Shown here one piece after another: positions 54,316-64,000 of a stretch of DNA of 64,000 bases (positions are counted from its first letter, which is position 1; each line of letters opens with the position of its first letter). Source of the stretch: the human T2T-CHM13v2.0 reference genome, Homo sapiens; the NCBI RefSeq assembly GCF_009914755.1, contig NC_060925.1. One strand, written 5' to 3'. A program made the position numbers and the translations under genes. Under the pieces are notes generated by a model, which saw only the letters and a program-made list of their open reading frames with translations, did not search any database and was not told where the DNA came from.

Positions 54316-54460
54316 CAGACTCTCACTCTGCTGCCCTGGCTGTAGTGCAGGGATGTGACCACAGCTCACTGCAGCCTCAATCTCCTGGGCTCAAGGAATC
54401 CTTTTGCCTCAGCCTCCTAAAGTGCTGGGATTGCAGGCCTGAGTCACCATACCTGGTCCA
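54271..54460 (-). mobile_element. Monomer-length AluJ-type element with (GT)n tail at 54274-54312
   Basis: Right-arm 3' part joined to left-arm 5' end (aaagtgctgggattgcagg). Confidence 0.82.
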
Positions 54461-54644
54461 AATTTTTGATAAAGCATTTCTGGTAGAGCATTTCTGGGGT
54501 AAAACCCACAACAAATAGTGACGACTCAAAGTGAGAACTGACCTAACTCAAACTCCACTTTGCTTCAAGGCCTAAAGACTGGCAATCAGTCAGATTACCA
54601 CCATATGACAAATACTTTTTTGCTCAGATAGACAGGTGATAAAT

Positions 54645-54684
<40 letters not shown>
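54645..54684. repeat. (GATA)10 tetranucleotide STR
   Basis: Read directly from sequence. Confidence 0.96.
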
Positions 54685-54896
54685 CACAGACTATCATTTA
54701 AACTATTCATTTACACAGTACAGGTAGTTTGAAAAATGTCTTCATGGGTATGGCTTCACATTATAGAGATGTCTTATGATAGAATCCCCAAGCATGCACA
54801 CATATCACCAAAATACTTTTCTATTTGTATTCTAGGTTCACTATTTAAAAGGAATCCTATAATATAATCCCCAATATATTACTAAATAGGTTTATT

Positions 54897-54957
54897 TTGT
54901 GTGTGTGTATATATATATGTGTGTGTGTGTATATATATGTGTGTGTGTGTATATATA

Positions 54958-55016
<59 letters not shown>
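54897..55016. repeat. Compound (TG)n(TA)n microsatellite
   Basis: Three alternating TG/TA blocks, the last with a long TA run. Confidence 0.96.
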
Positions 55017-55019
<3 letters not shown>

Positions 55020-55109
55020 GATGTGTCATCACAAAGATTCTTAAGACTGATTGATGTGACTTCGTTTGTTGTCCATAATGAATAGAATCATTTTAAGAGA
55101 TAGATTTGA

Positions 55110-55413
55110 GGCCAGGCGTGGTGGCTCACACCTATAATCCTAGCACTTTGAAAGGCCGAGGCAGGCGGATTACTTGAGCTCCCGAGTTCAAGACCAGCCT
55201 GGACAACATGATGAAACCCCATCTCTACAAAAAATACAAAAAAATTAGCTGGATGTGGTGGTGTGTACCTGTCATCCCAGACATGTGGGGGCTCTGAGAC
55301 AGGAAGATCCCTTGAACCCGGGAGGTCAAGGCTTCAGTGAGCTGAGATCCTGCCACCGCACTCCAGCCTGAGTGACAAAGTGAGACACTGTTTCAAAAAA
55401 AAAAAAAAAAAAA
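55110..55413 (+). mobile_element. AluJ (Jb-like), full length
   Basis: ggccaggcgtggtggctcacacc...ggaggtcaaggcttcagtgagc...polyA. Confidence 0.92.
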
Positions 55414-55914
55414 AGGCCGGGGGAGGGCAGGGGGAAGAAGGGGAAGAAAGAGACAGAGAGAAGGTAGTAGAAAGATTTTTGTCTTACTCTAAATAAGGGT
55501 AAAATTCATGTTTATTTAAAAAGAATTAGGTTGGCTCAAAAAGAAAGGGTGGGGGAGGGAGTGTATGCTAAGGCCACTTGGGAGCTATTCTTGTGGGTGG
55601 TGGCCATTTACTCTTCAATAAAACACGTCTACTTACCATAGCAACCAGAGTAGTAGATAGTATATGTGCTGCCTCTGAGATACCATGCTTAATAAAGAAA
55701 TACTTGCAGTGAAGAATGAACAAACACATGGGCACTTTTTTACAATCTCATAATAGAAAACAATATCTTTTTCAAAAGCATTTATATTTTCCCAATTTTT
55801 AATACCCAGCTACTGTGTGATAATCAATACAATATGCCACAAGCCATTTGTCTTTCTTTGTGACTGGCTTGCCTTTGAAAGTGAAAATTTTTATTTGGGT
55901 GCTTGTTTCAACAG

Positions 55915-56033
55915 GATGAATGTTGCATTTCAGAAGGCATCAAGCTGTGATGGGGGGAAGGTAGCCTTTACTTTTCTAGAAAGGGAAGCACAAAACGACT
56001 CGGAGTCCCTACCTAGTGAGCACACAGATCCAT
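55915..56033 (+). other. Candidate internal exon (119 nt; open frame MNVAFQKASSCDGGKVAFTFLEREAQNDSESLPSEHTDP)
   Basis: Acceptor gcttgtttcaacag|G and donor CAT|gtgagt. Confidence 0.33.
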
Positions 56034-57725
56034 GTGAGTCTCTGAGGTATGCCCAGGTATATGGCTCGCAAATTATCTACTACTTTGTTTTGCACTTCAT
56101 CCAGGGAGGAGGGGCTTGATGGTTTTACCGAATGTGAGAGCTAAGACACTGTGGCCTGCTGAAGAGGCTGTTCGTTGCTTTCAGCGGCAACTTAGATCCT
56201 CCATGCTTTTTTCTAAGCTCATTTATATACTTTGCCTGCTAGGTTACTTTGCAACACCCTGAGCTTTGCATGTGAGGGTCTTTAATTATCTTGTAATACT
56301 GCTACTCCCTGTGAGTGGTTTCAAAATTTTACAATAATGTTTATTTTGCATGTGTGGGATTATTCATGTATAATTACTACAAGCAGGTATGTTCCATATG
56401 TTATAAAAGTTAAATTTTTACTTGGAAATCGTAGCCAAAGAACACTTTTTTTTCCCAATGAAAGTAATTTAAATTGAAGTAAGACCCTCTAATACCACCA
56501 TCTGTACAAGTAAATTACTTTCAGAGTAATTAAATATGCATATCTGAGCCATGTACTGTACAGATGAACCAAGTTTTATTGAAGCAATATGCTTATAAAT
56601 CCCTTAGGTGTTAAAGCTGAAGAACCAATGGCATTTTATATTCATGCAGATACAAACAAGCACAAAGAAATATATTTGACTAGTTTCATCTTTTTAAAAA
56701 AATACATTTTATCAACTTTTCCTAGTTAATATTTCTCACCAAATAGTATGATCAACACCTTTATTAGTCTAACATTCTGCATTGATTTAAAGCTTCACCA
56801 GTTATTTTCATGTTGTATGTATGTCTGGATTTATGATAGTGCCCAATCACTTATCTTCTGCAGGTTCCTGGGGAGCAGAGCAACGCAGTGAAACTGAAAT
56901 TATTAAGTTGTCTGAATTCATAATAGTTGGACTTGCCCCTCCATGAAATAGCACTGCACAGCCAATTGGAATTCATGGCCCTAGCCCTTTATTGCATCAT
57001 CATGGTTTATAGTCCATAACAAATACAAATACAGAAAGGAACCATAACAATATGATACATCTGACCTGCCAGCCTACCTTCTGGGGCTTTGCTTGATGAG
57101 CTTGCATTCTCAATGCATGGGACAAAAGCAAAGGGAACACTCTCTGTTTACCCCTTCTAAGGCCTGACCTTGGGTCCCTAGTCCGTATCTTTGACCTTGT
57201 CATCACCACCACAGGCAGCCAATCTCAACTGGGAAAAGCAGTGATTTATGTAAGTTTTCCCAGAAACAAGGCTTCGTGAAGGCTTCCTGATGTCAGTTTA
57301 AAAGTGGTTTCCCACTGTGGTGAGATACCCCAGTTGCTTTTATAAAGCATTAATGTCTTCCTTACTAGAGCTGAAAAGTGACCTGGGCTCTGGAAATGGT
57401 CTGATAAATTGAAAGCTACCAAAGGAAGGTTCTTTGTCAGGAACTTTTTCATCTCAGATTCATAAAAATGGAATGTTTTTCTCTCAGATTGTTCTTAATC
57501 CTCAGGAATATAGTAATCAATTTTTATTTCCTTCACATCAATTAATTCCCATGAAGGTAAAATTAAATGTTCATTGGAAAATGTTGGGACTTTTCCTTAT
57601 TGCTAGCATCCTTTCATCTTTGTAACAAAAGTGGATAAAACCTGCAAGTGATATGAAACTTTAAAAAAAAATGCATACTTACTTGCCCTTTAAACAAACA
57701 AACCAAATAAATAAATGCTTTCCAT

Positions 57726-58012
57726 TTTGAGACAGGGTCTCACTTTGTTGCCCAGGCTGCAGTGCTGTGGCATGATCTCAGGTCACTGTAGCTTTGATCT
57801 CCTGGGCTCAAGTTATCCTTCTTCCTTGGCCTCTTGAGTAGCTGGGACTACAGGCATATACCACCGCACCTGGCTAATTTTTTTTAATATTATTTTTCAT
57901 AGAGGTGGGGTCTTGTTATGTTTCCCAGGCTGGTCTTGAACTCCTGTGCTCAAGTGATCCTCCCACCTCAGACTTCCAAAGTGCTAGGATTATAGGCATG
58001 AGCCACTGCACC
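57726..58012 (-). mobile_element. AluJ
   Basis: gagacagggtctcactttg...ctcctgggctcaag...gagccactgcaccc. Confidence 0.92.
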
Positions 58013-58463
58013 CCAAAACTTGCTTAAACAAAGGAAATTCCAAATCATTTTTGGAATAGAAGCACCAAGGAATGCTCTACGTATCTTCTTTGGTGCATCT
58101 TACGTTTTCATTTGTTTATAATAAGTTAAAGGGAACACACAATGCAATACCTTTAAGAGTCAGATTAAGGTTGCATATCACATTATTGAAAATGCATTTA
58201 AGACTAGAAGGCTGGAATTGTCCTCTAAAAGCAATCTATTTTATTCCCCTTTCTTTTGGCAGGAACTTATTTAGACTATCCTATTCAGTGGATCCTCATT
58301 GGAAAAGCCACCTTCAAAAAGTGTCTTTCCATTGCTGATCCATGACTAGTCCCTGAACCCAAATTTTTAGCACTCTGCCACTAAAAGAAAAAATGGGAAC
58401 AAGGTAATACAGGTTTCATAAAGTTAGGAATTTATGAAAATTATGAAAAATTTTCCTCTTTTT

Positions 58464-58712
58464 GATGGTTAAGAACATGAACTCCAGAATCAGACTATCA
58501 GAGTTTGACTACAGGCTGTCCTACTGTTGAGCTACAAAACCAGGACAAGTTAATTAATCTTCATATGCCTTTTAAGATTTTCACACTTTAAAATAGGGGT
58601 AATAACATTCCCACTTTCTAGAGTCTCTGTGGGAACCAGATGATGTTTTACATACATGCTTAGAACAGTGCCTGCCACAGAGTAAGTGCTCAATCACTCT
58701 TAGCCATGAGGA
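58464..58712 (+). mobile_element. MIR, near full length
   Basis: tggttaagaacatgaactccagaatcagac...gcttagaacagtgcctgccacagagtaagtgctcaat. Confidence 0.85.
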
Positions 58713-58769
58713 TGTTGTCCATGTTTCTTTCCTTCATATTTAGTTTTTAAATGGCCAAATTAGACTCTT

Positions 58770-58965
58770 TTAATACAGCTACATATTCTTTATGGCACTA
58801 ATCACAACTGTAGCTTTATGTTTATTTATGCGTTTGGTTGATAATAATCCCCCATCGAAACTATAAGGACATGAGGAAACAGATTTACCACCACAGCCCC
58901 ACATTTTATTTGGCACAGTGCCGGATTGAGAATAGATTTCCAATGTATATATTTGAATAAATAAA
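58770..58965 (+). mobile_element. L2 3' end
   Basis: actataaggacatgagg...ggcacagtgccgg...atatttgaataaataaa. Confidence 0.6.
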
Positions 58966-60582
58966 TTTTTTTTAATTTAACATACCTACTTGGAAAAAAT
59001 AAAGAGTTGGCAACTTTATGACAGGCCCCATATTTTCAAAATATTTCCTAGTGAATGAAGCCTGAATTGTTTTGGAAACATCATTCTATTAGAAGCTTTC
59101 ACCACTGCCTTAAGAAGCCCAATTTAGCATTTGACTGCTTAGTCACAAAGGGTTTCTTTCTAATTCAAACCACTCCTGTTACAGAAGAAGTCCACTGTTT
59201 TTACTGTAAAGAGGAGGAAAGCTGCCCACCCATACTTCACAATAATTTTCTACCAGAGACTTAAATAGGATGATTTTTTCCTTCACAAGTGAACTGAAAT
59301 GCGTTATCCAAAATTGACTACAGATTTCAAAGTCAAATAGTAATAACAAAACAGAGTCCAATATAGCTTAGAGAATTTTAATCACGGAATCTTGTAAAAA
59401 TTTATACTCTATGACTTGTCTCCTTTCATCTAGTCTGGATAAATATGATTTTTTTTCAGACATGCACTTGGAACTCCAGAAACTGTTTACAAGGATCAAA
59501 TCTGGTTTTACTAAGGACTGCCAGTGAGGTTCCAGGTTCACCCGGTCTGAAGTTCCAAGTCTCTCACTTCTGTTGAGCAATATTTCATTGCACAGATTCC
59601 CTAAAATCTAAAAGACTCCTGGAGAAGGAATAACTGGATAGTCTGTATACTGTTGTCTTAATTGGAAATAGTTGATTAGATGGGACAGGAAGAGGTGACC
59701 CTGGATTTTCATGTTTTCTTCATAATGTGCAATGATTGTATATTGCTTTTCAGGTAAAAACAAAATATAGTTTTAAAAATAGTTCACCTTGGCTTTAGTC
59801 TGACTCTCTGTGGTACAATTTTAGAACACTTAGGTACACCATAATTCAGATGATTAACTCTTCCTTATCCACCTACGAGTATAAGATAATCACAGTGACA
59901 ATCATTTTAATTACACAGTAAGTGGAGCCTCACACAGAGTTGATGTTTAGAGCTGTCTAGCAGTCTAGGACTGGGAGGATTAGTAGGGACTGGTAAGGGG
60001 ATCGGAATGGAGTATCCGCTAGAAGAGATTATAAGACAAATTATTATAGGAGAGTCAGGGTAGTTGAAAGAAGCAGCAGATAAGCAGCTCTCTTAAAAAT
60101 GTTTGCTTTTTGAAGGCATTTCAACCAAATATGAAAGCAGCTCATACTACCTTTAGTCTCTAAATAGAGAGGAGTAAGAGAATGAACATATCTCTAGTTT
60201 GCACATTTTCTGCCATCACATTTCAAATTACCTCTCAGTAAAAATCTGACTAGTAGAAACTTTACCTGAAAACTTTGTCCCTTAAGAAAGTACACATTTT
60301 GTACACATTTTCTTATTATGGATTTCAAACAATGCACATTTATGTATGCAAACCTGTATTTCCTTTGAGCACTCCTCTCACTCTACCAATCATTAAAAAT
60401 AATAGCACGAGCCAAAAACTCATTAGTAATCAATACTACTATGAAACTTAGAATTACTATGGGTATCAAAAACACTTTATAGTTTCGTGTGGATAATTAT
60501 CTCAGGTTTCTAGACTGCTTATTTTCTCAGTATTCTGTTTTTTGTCTGTTTTGTTATAGTGGGTGGGTTTTTTGTTTTACTT

Positions 60583-60608
60583 ATCATCATCATCATCATC
60601 TTCATCAT
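60583..60608. repeat. (CAT)n microsatellite
   Basis: Read directly from sequence. Confidence 0.85.
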
Positions 60609-61829
60609 GATATGATGATGCTTTTACTGAGATATTGCTGGACCATGAATTATTGTTACCAAAGGGATCTGAGAGGATGAACCCAAAGGAATATGGGTCC
60701 CTTCAATGAGAGTGAACTTATGGTATCAAATCCGAGAAGCAGCCAAAAAATTTGCTTTCATCCTCCAACACAGATAAGATTTTACATCTTCATTTTTGAA
60801 TACTATTGATCGAATCTTAATATTTTCTATTTTGTTCAACTCTGGGAAATGAGCAGATATTGGAAATTTTTAGATATACATTAGTTTTTAGTCTTGGAAA
60901 AGGATGGTAAGATGTGGGGGAGATTGAAAGCTTTTCCTTGTACTAAAATGGGTATATTTATACTTGCTCATGACCTTTGAAAGCAAAACTATGTACACTT
61001 TCTAAAATTATTTCAGAACCTAAAATAAAGGTTTCAAAAGCAGTACTTTCTAAATGCCAAGGAAAATAACAGAAGGTTCTTATGTTTACAATTCTTCCTC
61101 AACTGTTTTATAGATAGAATTTTAAAATAGATTTTGTCTATGAAAGATAGTGTTCATTTAAATTGCACTAGCATGCAATTATGTCACAAGATGTTGTCAT
61201 CTATTTAAAATAGCTTTTTGTCTCCTGAGATGTTTATTTCAAATAGTTACACTAAATAAGAGTTTCTACTAGAGAAAGATTAAAACTCTAGAATTTTTAA
61301 AAAATCTACATTCTGCAAGGCAAAAGAAAACTTATAAGTTTTGGGAAATAGCAAAGGCAGCATCTCCTCAGACACTGAGGCACCATTTGGTGCTTAAATT
61401 CCAGTACCAACTGTAGAGTTTTAATTGCATTTGCTTTCAGAACACTGGAAGAATACAATGAAGTCCAGATGTAAGATAGTATCTCACTTAATTCTTGAGT
61501 TTTTTTCATTCTGGAAGTTAAGAAATCAAGTAAAACTACATGTAAGACAATATATAGACATCCAATTAAAAGAGAAGCTTAGAAATCAGCTAACACATAC
61601 TCAAATAAACATTATTTAGCTTCCCTAAAGAAAGGCCTTGTTAGCCTTAATCACAAATCCACTCAGGAAAAAAATATCTGGTAGAAACTCATTAGGATTT
61701 TCTGGCTGAAACTAAACTCTTTTGTTAAGAATTACCATCTAAATTATGGCTGAGTTGAAGAAACTATATATAAAATATCCATAAGAACAACATCAATAAA
61801 AGCAACAAAAATTACTTAAAAACTATACC

Positions 61830-63441
61830 AGGTGGTCTTCTACTTTTGGCCATGAGAGAATAAATGAGTCCAAACTTACCCTTTCATCATAAATATTTAG
61901 AAAATGGAACTAAATATATGATACAATAGATTTTAGAAAATAGACAGTCAGCATCACAGAATTATGATTCCTGAGAAGAAAGAAAAAATAAAAATAAAAT
62001 GAACCTTGCAATCACTTCATATTTCTGCCTGGAGGCAGTTTCCAGGCTATGGTGCAGGGAGAGAGAACCCAAACAGACTTGTGGTCTTACCCAAATGAGA
62101 AAACAAACACCATAAAAGCTAGAATATTCAAGACAGAGTCCAAGAAAGAAGGGAGATGTATAGGAAGAGCTTCAGAAATCTGCATAAAGTCTCCTTGAGT
62201 TTTTAAATGAATACTAATCTGCATACACCTATGTGGAAACTCCATGAAGTCAGGCAAAAAGCTACCTTTAGAAAAAGAAAAATTACTAGAGAACTACAAA
62301 ACAAATAATTCCCAGAGCTCACACAAAGCAGGAAATCATTCAAATTCCCACCAGCCAGAGTGGAGAGATCTCATTGACTGTATGGGACATTCATAAGAAA
62401 ATTCAGAAGGGTTACAATTTATTTATAGGGCTAATGTTGGCCTAGAATAAACCTTATTCTAGACTTACCTTAAAATTCTGGAAACAAGCTTTGAAAGGAT
62501 CAAACTAATTCTCAAGTAATTCAGCTGTTCTTAAAGAAATACAGCAATATCCAACCCTCAAATGTATAAGATTCACAATGTTTGGCATGCAGTCAAATAT
62601 TCTTATGTGTAACAAATAACAGGAAAATTTGACTCATAACCAGGAAAGAAATCATTTTATAGAAACATAGTCAAAAATGGCAGAGATAATGGAAGTAAGT
62701 AGGTGAGGATGGTAATCAGTATGCTCAAATGGTTAAAGGAAATGTGAATAAATATGGAGAAGAATATTTTTGCAAAGACCCAAATGAAACATCTAGGGAT
62801 GGAATATAAAATATCTGAAGTGAAAATTTTGCTAAATAGTGTTAACAACATAATAGACATTTCAGGGAAAAAAATGCTAGTGAACTTGACAAAATAGCAA
62901 TTTAAACCATTCAGAATGAGGCTGACAAAGAAAATATCTAGGAAAAAGCCAATCAAACAAACAAAAGCAACACCTCAATAGCCTATATGGTAGTATCAAG
63001 TGCTCTTGCATATGTTTGAAAGTCCCTGCAAGAAAAGAAAGAGAATGTGGAAAACAAAATAGAAAAGAAATAATGGCTTTTTTTTTCAAACTTAATGACA
63101 AAATAAACCTAAAGATCCAAGAAACATACAGAATTCTAATAAAGATGAAGACAACCAAACACATATTAAGGTACACGTAATAAAATTTCTGAAAAGAATT
63201 CATAGGAAGAAACTCTTAATAATGGCCAATAAAAATATACATTATGTACACAGGGAAAAACAAGATAAGAATGACAACAGACTTCTTATCAGAATCTTAG
63301 CAATCCAGAAGACAATGGAATGCCATCTTTAAAGTGCTTAAAAATGACCTGTAAATGCGTTATTCAATATAAATTTAAATATTTCACAAATGAAGATGAA
63401 ACAAGATTGTTTATTTTCTGGGAAAATAAAAGCAAGCAGAG
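61830..63441 (+). mobile_element. Old L1M (L1MEc/L1M4-like) 5'UTR-ORF1 region
   Basis: aacaggaaaatttgactcataaccagg...gtgaacttgac...atagcaa...atgacaacagacttcttatcagaa...agaagacaatggaatgccatctttaaagtgct. Confidence 0.72.
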
Positions 63442-63846
63442 TGATATTGTTTGTACCTGTGTCCTTGCCAAAATTTCACGTTAAAATATAATCCCCAATG
63501 GTGGAGGGGGGTCCTGGTGGGAGGTGATTGGATTATGGTGACAGATTTTCATGGTTTAGCACCATTTCCTCTTGGTACTGCATAGTGATAGATTTCTCAG
63601 AAGATCTGGCTTAAAAGTGTGTAGCACCTCCCTGCTCTCTTCTTGCTGCTCCTGGCCATGTGAAGTGTTAGCTCCCCCTTTGCCTTCAGCCATGATTGTA
63701 AATTTCCTGAGGGCTCCCAAGAAGCTGAGCAGGTACACTATGCTTTTTGTACAGCCTCCAGAACTGTGAGCCAATTAAACCTCTTTCCTTTATAAATTGC
63801 CCCATCTCAAGTATTTCTTTATAGCAGTGCAAAACAGACTAATAAA
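63442..63846 (+). mobile_element. MSTA/MSTB MaLR 5' LTR
   Basis: tgatattgtttg...ggtgggaggtgattggattatgg...gaactgtgagccaattaaacctcttt...ttctttatagcagtgcaaaacagactaata. Confidence 0.9.
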
Positions 63847-64000
63847 GAAAACTGGTACTGAGAAGTGGGACATTGCTATAAAGATACCTGAAAATGTAGA
63901 AGCAGCATTGGAAGTGAGTAATGGGCAGAGGAACAGTTTAGAGGGCTCAGAAGAAGACAAGAAGATGAGGGAAATTTTGGAACTTCCTAGAGACTTGTTA
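63847..64000 (+). mobile_element. MST-int internal region, cut by window edge
   Basis: gaaaactggtactgagaagtgggacattgctataaagatacctgaaaatgt directly after the LTR. Confidence 0.85.

Overview
AT-rich, repeat-dense primate DNA, probably hominoid because it carries AluY and L1PA2/3-type elements. It looks like a large intron or intergenic region, and I recognise no complete cellular gene. The only long ORFs are retroelement remnants: L1 ORF2 and HERV9 gag/pro/RNase H/env. The main structure is an ERV1 cluster at ~12-30 kb. It contains a solo LTR12F split by a young L1, a MER39-like LTR, and an internally deleted HERV9/LTR12 provirus. That provirus has a cut 3' LTR fused tail-to-tail to an opposite-strand MER61-type provirus, which is in turn fused to a MER93-like LTR. 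The rest holds ~20 Alus, two inverted young L1 3' fragments, old L1M/HAL1/L2/L3/MIR/MaLR/MER96B relics and several microsatellites. Four short CpG-retaining unique segments have splice-site signatures (35.9, 50.2, 54.0, 56.0 kb) and are candidate exons of an unidentified gene and/or antisense RNA. I found no convincing new biological system. The most unusual items are mechanistic: an Alu-L1-Alu composite inside a single TSD with a snap-back junction, a 13-nt Alu micro-insertion, a twin-primed old L1, an expanded CCAAT array in one LTR, and an indel-free 70-bp triplication. Repeat family names come from recalled consensus motifs, not from a database search, and boundaries of old repeats are approximate.
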